Made by a program: the position numbers and the translations under genes | The notes under the pieces: model-generated | The model's input: only the letters and a program-made list of their open reading frames with translations | Told to the model about the DNA's origin: nothing | The model's database searches: none | NCBI GenBank assembly: GCA_963727455.1 | Contig: CAVSGG010000005.1 | Location: 160,001 to 224,000 of the forward strand | From: Candidatus Krumholzibacteriota bacterium | GTDB lineage: Bacteria; Krumholzibacteriota; Krumholzibacteriia; JAJRXK01 | Length of the DNA: 64,000 nt | Direction: 5' to 3' | In this document: positions 39,058 to 47,776 of the stretch, piece after piece | Layout of the letters: each line of letters starts with the position of its first letter | How positions within the stretch are numbered: position 1 is the first letter of the stretch

Positions 39058-39829
39058 ATCCCGCAAAGAGCATTGGCAGAATTTTTGGGTGGAGGCCGGA
39101 AACCTCAGCCTGCACGATGTCTACGGCAACGATGGACGGATTCTCCGCGAGGTCTTCGATCTCATGGACCCGGAGGGCGCGCGAGTGCTCGAAGTGGGTG
39201 CGGGTACCGGTCGTGACAGCCTGGCTCTGGCCAAGGCTGGCGCCGAAGTCGTGACTGTGGACTATGTCCCGGAGAGTCTTCGTCTCATCGACGAAGCCGC
39301 CAAAGCCAGCGCTACGAGGGTGTCGGTGGTGGGGGGAGATGGGCTAAGCATGCCCTTCGCGGACGGAACCTTCGACCTTGTGTTCCATCAGGGTCTGCTC
39401 GAGCATTTCCGTGATCCTCTTCCTCTTTTGCGCGAGAACGTGCGCGTTCTCAAACCGGGAGGGATCTTGCTCGTCGACGTGCCCCAGCGCTATCACTACT
39501 ACACCCTAGGCAAGCATGCGCTCATGTTGTTCGATCGCTGGTTTGCGGGTTGGGAAACGGAATTCACCATCGGCGAGCTCGAAACGCTCCTGCGTTCCAT
39601 CGGACTTCAGGTCGAGCGCAGTTATGGCGACTGGATGGTGCCGGCGTTGTGGTATCGTGCCCTGCGGAAGGTGTTGCTGAAGACCGTGGGTCTGCGTCTG
39701 CCCATGTATCCGCGCGGCATTTGGCCTTTCGCGCCTTTGGCGCGCGGCTTCCGTAGCTGCTTCGCCAAGAGCAGGCTCTCTCTCTACACCACGATCGTAG
39801 TGGGTTGTCTGGCGCGAAAGCGCGCATAG
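39050..39829 (+). CDS. Class I SAM-dependent methyltransferase
   Basis: VLEVGAGTG, PF.DGTFD.VF.QG.LEHF and RVLKPGG motifs. Confidence 0.88.
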   Translation: MRESRKEHWQNFWVEAGNLSLHDVYGNDGRILREVFDLMDPEGARVLEVGAGTGRDSLALAKAGAEVVTVDYVPESLRLIDEAAKASATRVSVVGGDGLSMPFADGTFDLVFHQGLLEHFRDPLPLLRENVRVLKPGGILLVDVPQRYHYYTLGKHALMLFDRWFAGWETEFTIGELETLLRSIGLQVERSYGDWMVPALWYRALRKVLLKTVGLRLPMYPRGIWPFAPLARGFRSCFAKSRLSLYTTIVVGCLARKRA

Positions 39830-39869
39830 TGGTCCCAAGGCCGATCGGACGCGTCTTTCCGAGGAGACG

Positions 39870-41024
39870 GTGACCGCTCGGCCCAAGACGGAGGTTTGGC
39901 CTCTGAAGATTCTGGCGGTGAATTGGCGAGATCGTGGAGATCCTATGGGTGGGGGGGCCGAAGTTCACCTACACGAGATTCTACGTCATGCGGTAGGGAA
40001 GGGACACGAGGTAACTTGGCTCGCGTGCAGCTATCCCGGCGCGGCCACAGAGGAGACGGGGGAGGATGGAATCCACTATCGGAGGCGCGGCAATTGGCGC
40101 CTGGCCAACTTCACTCTACCCGGCCTCTTAAAGGACGAACTGAGACGAGCCGCCTACGATCTGGTAGTGGAGGACATCAACAAGGTACCCTTCTTCACTC
40201 CCTGTCACACTCGTCTTCCCGTTTTGGTAATCGTTCCCCATCTCTTCGGTGCTACGGTTTTTCGCGAGGCGGACCCCCTCACCGCGAGCTACGTCTATTT
40301 GAGCGAGCGCCCCATTCCTCGTGTCTACCGGCATTCTCATTTTTTGGCGATCAGCAAGAGTACGGCGGACGACCTGGTGCGCAGGGGGATCGATGCTGAA
40401 CGCGTCGAGATCGTGGAGTGCGGCATGGATCACCGTCCCTATCGGCTGGCCGACCCTCCTGCGCGCGCACAGGTGCCGACGATAGTGCACCTGGGCCGGC
40501 TCCGACGCTACAAGAGCGTGGATGTCGTATTGAGAGCTCTCGCTGCGATTCGTCGAACGCTTCCCGGGGCCGTGCTCGAAATCGTGGGGGACGGCCCAGA
40601 CGAGAAGCGGCTGCGCGCACTCGCCGGGGAGCTGGGACTTTTAGAAGCCGTACGTTTTCGCGGCTATCTGCCCCGTGCGGAAATTGTGAGGGTGCTCTAC
40701 CAAAGTCATCTCTTCTTGAATCCCTCGCCCAAGGAAGGTTGGGGTCTCACCGTGATCGAGGCCAATGCCTGCGGAGTACCGGTGGTTGCGAGCCGGCGTC
40801 CGGGCCTGGTGGATTCGGTGCGGGAAGGCGAAACGGGGCTCCTGGCCGAGTATGGGAAAGCGGAAGATTTCGCAGCCAAAGCACTCGAGCTGCTTACCGA
40901 TCCTCCCCTGTGGCGCAGCTATAGCGAGAACGCCGTGCGCTGGGCACGGAGTTTCAACTGGGAAGATTGCGCTGCGCGGAGCCTGGCCGTGATGGAGCGG
41001 GCAGCGCGGGAGAAAACTCGATGA
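39870..41024 (+). CDS. Glycosyltransferase family 4
   Basis: NWRD..P..GGAE, GRL.RYK and EGWGL.VIEANACG.P motifs. Confidence 0.9.
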   Translation: MTARPKTEVWPLKILAVNWRDRGDPMGGGAEVHLHEILRHAVGKGHEVTWLACSYPGAATEETGEDGIHYRRRGNWRLANFTLPGLLKDELRRAAYDLVVEDINKVPFFTPCHTRLPVLVIVPHLFGATVFREADPLTASYVYLSERPIPRVYRHSHFLAISKSTADDLVRRGIDAERVEIVECGMDHRPYRLADPPARAQVPTIVHLGRLRRYKSVDVVLRALAAIRRTLPGAVLEIVGDGPDEKRLRALAGELGLLEAVRFRGYLPRAEIVRVLYQSHLFLNPSPKEGWGLTVIEANACGVPVVASRRPGLVDSVREGETGLLAEYGKAEDFAAKALELLTDPPLWRSYSENAVRWARSFNWEDCAARSLAVMERAAREKTR

Positions 41025-42067
41025 CAGATGCAGAAGCGCCGCGCCCCAGAAGATGGTGGAGTCTGGTCCTGCGGATCTTGGTCAGCGTCGTGCTCATGTG
41101 GTGGCTCGTGCACAATTTCCAGGGGGGGTGGCGCAAGCTGGGAGACATCCGGCCGATCAGCTTGGCTCCCGCCGCCCTGATCTTCACAATTTCCACCGTC
41201 CTCGGTGCACTGCAGTGGGCCCTTCTTCTCCGGCACGCCGGTCTGGATCTGTCCTTGGGTAGGCTCGCGCGCATCTACTGGATCGGTCTGTTCTTCAACA
41301 ATTTCTTGCCGAGTAACGTGGGGGGAGACCTCGTCAAAGTGGCGGATGTGTCCCTCAGCACGGGAGAATTGAGTCGAGCGGTCGCCGGCACCATCCTGGA
41401 TCGAGTAGTGGGTTTGGGTGCGCTGGCCTCGCTCGGGGTGATCGCCGCCGCTCTCTCGCGCGGTTTTGGACATTTCGATCTTCCCTCTGCGGCTTTGATC
41501 GGCGTGTGTCTCTTGCTGCTGCTCACCGGTGGGCTGCTCCTTTCGAATCGACTGGGGGAGAGGCTCACTCGGCTGGCCGCGCGCCTCCACTTTGCGCGCA
41601 TCCACGAACGGCTGTGCAAGCTAATGAACGAGTTCGCGCATTATCGACGCTCGCCGGTCTTTCTGCTCGGGATCTTCACTCTGTCGCTCCTCGTGCAGTT
41701 TTTTCGGGTACTCACCCACGTGCTCGTTGCTCAGGCTCTGGCCATTCCCCTGAGCTGGCCCCTCGTTTTGGGACTTTATGTTCTCATTCCGGTCCTGGGA
41801 ATTGCCATCGTGTTGCCCATTTCGTTCAACGGACTGGGACTGCGCGAACTCATCGCAACTCGTCTCTTGCCGGAAATTGGGATTGCCGCGCCGGAGGCCT
41901 TTGCTCTGCAGATCACGACCTATCTCGTGCAGGTGGCAGTGAGCAGCGTGGGTGGCATTTTCTTCGTTCTGCGCTTCCTGCGCGGAGGACAGCAAAGGCG
42001 AGCTCGGGAGCGACCGCATCCTGTGAGCGGGACAGAGAGACCACCCCAAGTTCCCGGGAGCGAGTGA
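41021..42067 (+). CDS. Lysylphosphatidylglycerol synthase TM-domain (flippase-like, UPF0104) protein
   Basis: FFNNFLPS.VGGD, DR..GL and LPIS.NGLG.RE motifs; multi-TM. Confidence 0.85.
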   Translation: MTDAEAPRPRRWWSLVLRILVSVVLMWWLVHNFQGGWRKLGDIRPISLAPAALIFTISTVLGALQWALLLRHAGLDLSLGRLARIYWIGLFFNNFLPSNVGGDLVKVADVSLSTGELSRAVAGTILDRVVGLGALASLGVIAAALSRGFGHFDLPSAALIGVCLLLLLTGGLLLSNRLGERLTRLAARLHFARIHERLCKLMNEFAHYRRSPVFLLGIFTLSLLVQFFRVLTHVLVAQALAIPLSWPLVLGLYVLIPVLGIAIVLPISFNGLGLRELIATRLLPEIGIAAPEAFALQITTYLVQVAVSSVGGIFFVLRFLRGGQQRRARERPHPVSGTERPPQVPGSE

Positions 42068-42149
42068 ATGAGAACTTGCCGTATGGAACCCCCGCAAGTC
42101 CGGGACGTACCAACGGTCCGCATGATCTCTACGCCAGGAGGGCGAGCTG

Positions 42150-42158
42150 TGCTAGAGT
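42150..42158 (+). promoter_or_regulatory. Putative extended -10 promoter upstream of DUF2723
   Basis: TG-C-TAGAGT in a 137-bp intergenic gap; same TGTGCTAG core as the selA promoter. Confidence 0.4.
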
Positions 42159-42204
42159 TTCGCCCCGGATGGCCAAAGGGAGCATTTTCCCAAGGAAGTG
42201 AGTC

Positions 42205-44823
42205 TTGCTGAACCGTGCTCTGAAGAGGCCCAATACCTACGTGGCCTTCGCCCTTTTTGCCTTGAGCTTCGGGGTCTACGCGGCGACGACTTCGAGGAGT
42301 ATTTCCTTCTGGGACTGCGGCGAGTTCGTTGCCACCGCCTACGGGCTGGGGATTCCTCACCAGCCCGGAACCCCGCTCTACGTACTGGTGGCGCACATCT
42401 TCTCGCTTCTGCCGCTGGGACTGCCGATAGCGCTCAAAGTAAACTTGATGAGTGGCTTCTTCGCGGCGCTCGCAGTCGTGTTCACCTATTTGACTGCGGT
42501 ACGTCTCCAAGAGGGTTGGGAGGAAGAGCTCGAAGATCCGAGTCCGCAGTGGCTGGTGCGGATGGGGGCGGCGATGGGCGCCATTTTCCTCGCCTTCTCC
42601 ACCACTTTCTGGAACAACGCCATCGAGGCCGAAGTCTACAGCCTCGCCGCCTTCGTGTTGGCGCTCACCGGATACATGATGGTCCGCTGGTACGAGCAGC
42701 GGAAGGTCCTTGCATCCTCGACCTTCTTCTTGCTCGTGGTGTACGTGATGGGGCTATCTGTCGGATTCCATTTGGGTTCAGTGCTCGTCTATCCAGGCCT
42801 TTTCGTCGTCGCGCTTCTCTCGCGGGACAAGGCTCTCGATGACAAGGATCTCCTTCTGGTTTCCTTCACCATGGGGGTCTTCGTTCTCTCCACTATGGTG
42901 AAGAGCAACATCTTCTTCAGCATGCTCTACTTCATTTTGATTGGGCTTGCGTTGTGGCGCCTGCTCGTTCCCAATGGATCGGGCTTCGCCCTGGCAGGGA
43001 TTGCCCTCTTCTTCCTGGGGCTCTCGGTCCACGTCTTCATGCTCATACGATCCACGCAATCACCATTCATCAATCAGAGTGTGCCGGACACCTTCGGCCG
43101 CTTGATGATGGTGATTCGCCGCGAACAGTACCCTCCGCGGGTACCCTGGCACCGTGAAGCGCCCATCCTGTGGCAGATTGGTCATTTTCTGGGGACAAGC
43201 GTGTGGGACGGTGATTCCGCCCTCGCCGGCCGCCGGGTGATCGGCTTCCTGCAGCAATTTACCTTCCTGCCCCGTCCGGGCTTCCTCGACACCTTCGTGC
43301 CGATTTCTCTCGGGCTCTACGGCATCCTCAATCAGTTCCGGGGAAACCGAAAGTTGGCCTGGAGCTTCTTGACGGTGTTTCTCATCAACTCGCTGGGCCT
43401 GATCATCATTTTGAACTTCACGGACCATGAAGTTCGCGACCGCGACTATTTTTACTTTGGCGCGTTTCAGTTCTGGGCACTCTTCATGGCTCTGGGAGCC
43501 GGCGGATTTCTGAGGTCGATCTGGTTGGGGATGCGCGAGAAATTTGCTTCGCCGCGCCTGCTCATGGCGGGAGGCGGTATATTGATCGTGATCGCTCTTC
43601 TGCCGGTGTTGGTACCTCACCATCCCAAGTACTTCGAGCACGACCGGAGTCAAGATTACATTCCACGTGATTACGGTTGGAACATGCTGACGAGCCTCCC
43701 CAAGAACAGCATTCTCTTCACTAATGGAGACAACGATACCTTCCCTCTGTGGTATCTGCAGGGAGTGGAGAAGTTTCGCACCGACGTGCGGGTGGTGAAT
43801 CTGAGCCTCATCAACGTCCCGTGGTACATCAAGCAGCTCAGGGATGTGCCTCCGAAGTGCCCCATCTCCTGGACCGATGCCCAGATCGACGGCAAGGAAC
43901 CCATCGAGCACAAGGGCGTACGCACCAAGCTCGAGGCGCAGATGCTTCCCGACAAGACGGTACTGTGGATCCGCGACATGGTGGTTTGGCATATCATCGA
44001 GCAGAACCGCTGGCGACGTCCCATCTATTTCGCGGTCACGATTCCGCCGGAGTACATCTCCGACTACAACCCCTACTTCAGCATGGAGGGGCTGGTCTAT
44101 CGGCTGACGCGGACGCGGAGCAAAGACGGACGCTCCAAGATCGACGCGGACAAGATCATGGAGAACTTCACCAAGAACTACGATATGGCCGGAATCTGGA
44201 AGCCCTATTCTCCCGATTCCGAGGTTCAGCCCCGACTCGGCGAGAAGCTTCCCTTCGTGCGCGATGACTCCTTCTACAAGGACTTCAACACGGCCCATCT
44301 GGCCAGGAATTACCCGGCCGCTCTGTGTCGGGTGGCCTACGAGCGCATCACGGGGGGGGAGGAGGACAAGGGTATCCTGGCCCTCCGTTTGGCCTTCGAG
44401 TTGGATCCGACCTTCCCCTTCCTCGTAGACCTGATTCCAACCGCTTTCATTCAGTCCCATTACCCCGACGAGGCGGTGAAGATCGCGGAGTACTATCTCG
44501 ACCACTTGCCGGATCCTCGCGCGATGGCTGTCGACATGGGGCGCAATCTCCTCTCCGCCGGATATCGGGACAAGGCGTCGGCATGGGCCGATACGCTTCT
44601 GAAGCGGTATCCCGACGAGAGAGCCTACGTGCGCATGAAAGTGCGCGTGCTCTGGGACGAGGGGAAACGATCCGCAGCCATCGATCTGCTCCAGTCTTTC
44701 GTTCAGCGTACGGGCGATTCCGAATCTCGGGTGGATCTAGAAGCGATGCGTAAGCACCTGAACGATGCACCTGCGGTTGAGAACGACAGCTCGGAAGTTG
44801 AGACTCCGAAGGAGAAGGAGTGA
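42205..44823 (+). CDS. DUF2723 / TMEM260-like GT-C membrane protein with C-terminal helical repeats (candidate protein O-mannosyltransferase)
   Basis: FWDCGEF......GIPHQPGTPLY, EAEVY, RDRDYFY and FTNGDNDTFPLWYLQ.VE..RTDVRVVNLSL motifs. Confidence 0.88.
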   Translation: MLNRALKRPNTYVAFALFALSFGVYAATTSRSISFWDCGEFVATAYGLGIPHQPGTPLYVLVAHIFSLLPLGLPIALKVNLMSGFFAALAVVFTYLTAVRLQEGWEEELEDPSPQWLVRMGAAMGAIFLAFSTTFWNNAIEAEVYSLAAFVLALTGYMMVRWYEQRKVLASSTFFLLVVYVMGLSVGFHLGSVLVYPGLFVVALLSRDKALDDKDLLLVSFTMGVFVLSTMVKSNIFFSMLYFILIGLALWRLLVPNGSGFALAGIALFFLGLSVHVFMLIRSTQSPFINQSVPDTFGRLMMVIRREQYPPRVPWHREAPILWQIGHFLGTSVWDGDSALAGRRVIGFLQQFTFLPRPGFLDTFVPISLGLYGILNQFRGNRKLAWSFLTVFLINSLGLIIILNFTDHEVRDRDYFYFGAFQFWALFMALGAGGFLRSIWLGMREKFASPRLLMAGGGILIVIALLPVLVPHHPKYFEHDRSQDYIPRDYGWNMLTSLPKNSILFTNGDNDTFPLWYLQGVEKFRTDVRVVNLSLINVPWYIKQLRDVPPKCPISWTDAQIDGKEPIEHKGVRTKLEAQMLPDKTVLWIRDMVVWHIIEQNRWRRPIYFAVTIPPEYISDYNPYFSMEGLVYRLTRTRSKDGRSKIDADKIMENFTKNYDMAGIWKPYSPDSEVQPRLGEKLPFVRDDSFYKDFNTAHLARNYPAALCRVAYERITGGEEDKGILALRLAFELDPTFPFLVDLIPTAFIQSHYPDEAVKIAEYYLDHLPDPRAMAVDMGRNLLSAGYRDKASAWADTLLKRYPDERAYVRMKVRVLWDEGKRSAAIDLLQSFVQRTGDSESRVDLEAMRKHLNDAPAVENDSSEVETPKEKE

Positions 44824-45830
44824 GTTTCGATCCGCTCTCCTACTGGGCCACGCCGCGGCGTGTCCTGGTCACCGGTTGCGCCGGTTTCTTGGGCAGCAGT
44901 CTGGTAGATACTCTGGTGGAACAGGGGCATCGCGTGGTGGGCGTCGATTCCTTCAGCGACTACTACGCCCCGGCGCTCAAACGCGAGAATCTCAACCAGG
45001 CGCTGCAGGCGAGCAACTTCCAATTGGTCGAAGGTGATCTCAACGAGTTGGACCTGGTGGAGCTCGTGCGCGAGAAAGAGGTCGTGTTTCATCTCGCGGC
45101 GCAGGCCGGAGTGCGCGCTTCCTGGGGGAGGGAGTTCGATCTCTATCTGAGGGCGAACGTGCGTGCGACGCAGCTCCTGCTCGAAGCTCTCATTTCCAGT
45201 CTACAGCAGGGGGCAGGCTTACGACGTCTAGTCTACTCGTCCTCCTCGTCCATATACGGAAATCAGGAGCACTACCCGGTCAAAGAGAACGCCGACAAGC
45301 ACCCTTTCAGTCCCTACGGGGTCACCAAACTGGCCGCTGAGCACTTGTGCGAACTCTACGCGACCAACCATGGTCTTCCCTGTTCGTCACTACGTTATTT
45401 CACGGTTTACGGCCCGCGGCAACGTCCCGACATGGCCTTCCGGAAGTTCTTGCACGCGAGCGAGAAGGGCGAGCCATGGGTGATCTATGGCGACGGACAG
45501 CAGAGCCGTGATTTCACCTACGTGGAAGATGTGGTTCAAGCCAATCTGCTCGCCGGCGCGGAGGAGAGACCGTACGCCGCGTACAACATCGGAGGGGGGA
45601 CCCGCCAAGATCTTCTGTCGGTTCTGAAGATCCTCGCGGAGAAGGTGCAAGAGCACGGGATTTCGGCTACGGTGAAAATCGAACACGCCGCGCCGGTTAA
45701 AGGGGACGTCCGCCACACCGGCGCGGACGGTGTCAGGGCGCGAGACCAACTGAAGTTTTCGCCCCGGATTCCCCTGGAAGAGGGGCTCGAACGTATGGTG
45801 GGCTGGTACGCCCAGAGGGTGCAGGCATGA
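44820..45830 (+). CDS. NAD-dependent sugar epimerase/dehydratase (UDP-glucuronate 4-epimerase-like)
   Basis: TG.AGF.G, HLAAQAGVR.S, SSSS.YG, Y..TK and RYFTVYGPRQRPDMA motifs. Confidence 0.9.
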   Translation: MSFDPLSYWATPRRVLVTGCAGFLGSSLVDTLVEQGHRVVGVDSFSDYYAPALKRENLNQALQASNFQLVEGDLNELDLVELVREKEVVFHLAAQAGVRASWGREFDLYLRANVRATQLLLEALISSLQQGAGLRRLVYSSSSSIYGNQEHYPVKENADKHPFSPYGVTKLAAEHLCELYATNHGLPCSSLRYFTVYGPRQRPDMAFRKFLHASEKGEPWVIYGDGQQSRDFTYVEDVVQANLLAGAEERPYAAYNIGGGTRQDLLSVLKILAEKVQEHGISATVKIEHAAPVKGDVRHTGADGVRARDQLKFSPRIPLEEGLERMVGWYAQRVQA

Positions 45831-46843
45831 GCCAATCTGGAGTCGAAGCAGGTATGGCCCAGACTCAGGGCAACGATATGATCCTCGAGGGGGCCCGTCG
45901 GGCGCTGGCAGGATCGGGCGAAGTCGATCTGACGATCCTCATCCCGGCCTATGACGAAGCGGAGAGCTTGCCTACGCTCATCGAGCAGGTGACAGCGGTC
46001 GTAGCCCCGATCACCTCCTCCTGGGAGATTCTGGTAGTGGACGACGGGAGTGAGGATGAGACGCTTGAGGTCCTGAGTGCAATGTCCAGCGACATCCCCC
46101 AGCTGCACCACGTCTCCTTTCGGCGCAACTACGGAAAGTCAGCCGCCCTCTCGGTGGGGTTCAAACGCTCGCGAGGGTCGATCGTGATCACCATGGATGC
46201 CGACCTGCAGGACGATCCGCAGGAAATTCCGCGCCTCTTGGCCGCATTGGCCGAGGGCTATGATCTCGTGAGCGGCTGGAAGCAAGATCGCAAGGATCCT
46301 TTCGTCAAGACCTCGACCTCGAAGCTCTTCAATTTCGTAACTTCGTTGGTGAGCGGACTCAAACTTCATGATTTCAACTGCGGCTTCAAGGCTTACCGCT
46401 GTCAGCTTACTCGCTCGCTCAAGGTATACGGCGAACTGCATCGCTACCTGCCGGTGATGGCCCACATCCAGGGTTTCCTCGTGGCAGAAGTCCCGGTCCG
46501 GCACCACGCGCGCAAACACGGAGTCACCAAGTTCGGGCGCGAACGTTTTCTCAATGGAGTCTTCGACCTACTCACCGTTCTCTTTCTGAGCCGCAGAAAG
46601 ACCTCTCCTCTGCACTTTTTCGGTCGGGTCGGACTCCTGTTCTTTGCCGGCGGACTTCTCATCTGCGGGTACTTCTTGATCACCTGGATCTTGGGCGCGG
46701 GACTTCATTTGCGCCCCCTCATGCTCCTGGGGATCGCCTTCATTCTCGTCTCCATGCAGTTCTTCAGCTTGGGTCTTTTGGCTGAACTTCTGGTTTCCTC
46801 CCGCGACGAAAGCGAGAGCTATCAGATTCGCTCCGAGGGCTGA
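45827..46843 (+). CDS. GT2 polyprenyl-phosphate glycosyltransferase (ArnC/GtrB-like, two C-terminal TMs)
   Basis: VDDGS.D, RRNYGKS.AL, TMDADLQDDP, LHDFNCGFKAY and GELHRY.P motifs. Confidence 0.88.
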   Translation: MSQSGVEAGMAQTQGNDMILEGARRALAGSGEVDLTILIPAYDEAESLPTLIEQVTAVVAPITSSWEILVVDDGSEDETLEVLSAMSSDIPQLHHVSFRRNYGKSAALSVGFKRSRGSIVITMDADLQDDPQEIPRLLAALAEGYDLVSGWKQDRKDPFVKTSTSKLFNFVTSLVSGLKLHDFNCGFKAYRCQLTRSLKVYGELHRYLPVMAHIQGFLVAEVPVRHHARKHGVTKFGRERFLNGVFDLLTVLFLSRRKTSPLHFFGRVGLLFFAGGLLICGYFLITWILGAGLHLRPLMLLGIAFILVSMQFFSLGLLAELLVSSRDESESYQIRSEG

Positions 46844-46846
46844 GAC

Positions 46847-47776
46847 GTGATTTCGAATCCACCCCGCCTCGGAGTGGTCGTTCTGAATTGGAACGGTCTC
46901 GATCACCTGCGGGAACTGCTTCCTTCGCTCTACGCCTCCGAGTATCCCGAGTTCTTCGTGTTGGTGGTCGACAACGGATCCGGCGACGCGAGCGTGGAGT
47001 GGGTGCGGCGCGAATTTCCTGCGACCGAGCTTCTTGCCCTGGAAGAAAATCGTCGCTTCTCCGGAGGCAACAATGCGGGAGCAGCCCGCGCCCTGGAGCT
47101 TGGCGCAGAGGTAGTGCTTCTCTTGAACAACGATACGACAGTCGCTCCCGACTGCCTGCACTGGCTGGCGCGGGCCTTTCAAGAGGATGCCGAACTGGGA
47201 GTCGCCGGTCCGCGGATCTGTTACTATGACGAGCCCGAGCGCATCTGGTATGGAGGGGGGAGGATCGTGCGTCCTCTCGGATTCGTTTCCCACCGCGCCA
47301 TTCGACGCGGAGTAAAAGAAGGCGTCGATCTCAAAGGAGAGACCGACTGGGTGAGCGGGTGCGCGTTGGCGGTTCGAAAGGAGGTCTGGACTTCGCTGGG
47401 TGGCCTCGATGAGGGCTACTACATCTACGCGGAGGACGTCGACTTCTGTCTCCGCGCCACCGATCTCGGGACGAAAATCCTCTACGAGCCGAGGGCGCTC
47501 GTTCTGCACAAGGTGAGTGCTTCGGTGGGGGGGGACAGCTCCGCGTTCAAGAGCTATCACAAGAGTCGGGCCGGGCTTCGCCTCTTCCGGCGCCACAATT
47601 CGGGATTGGCCCTTCTCTCGGCATACTGCGGGCTCGCGACTCATGACCTTGCTGCCATCGCGTGGTCTCTCCTTAGGGGCAAAGTTCGCGCGGCGGCGGC
47701 GATCGTGCGGGCCTGGATCGATGCGATGTCCGGGCACCGGAGTTTCCAAGTGGGAGACGCTCTACCGAAGGAATGA
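46847..47776 (+). CDS. Glycosyltransferase family 2
   Basis: NWNG, VDNGS.D, LLNND, GC and Y.EDVD motifs. Confidence 0.88.
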   Translation: MISNPPRLGVVVLNWNGLDHLRELLPSLYASEYPEFFVLVVDNGSGDASVEWVRREFPATELLALEENRRFSGGNNAGAARALELGAEVVLLLNNDTTVAPDCLHWLARAFQEDAELGVAGPRICYYDEPERIWYGGGRIVRPLGFVSHRAIRRGVKEGVDLKGETDWVSGCALAVRKEVWTSLGGLDEGYYIYAEDVDFCLRATDLGTKILYEPRALVLHKVSASVGGDSSAFKSYHKSRAGLRLFRRHNSGLALLSAYCGLATHDLAAIAWSLLRGKVRAAAAIVRAWIDAMSGHRSFQVGDALPKE

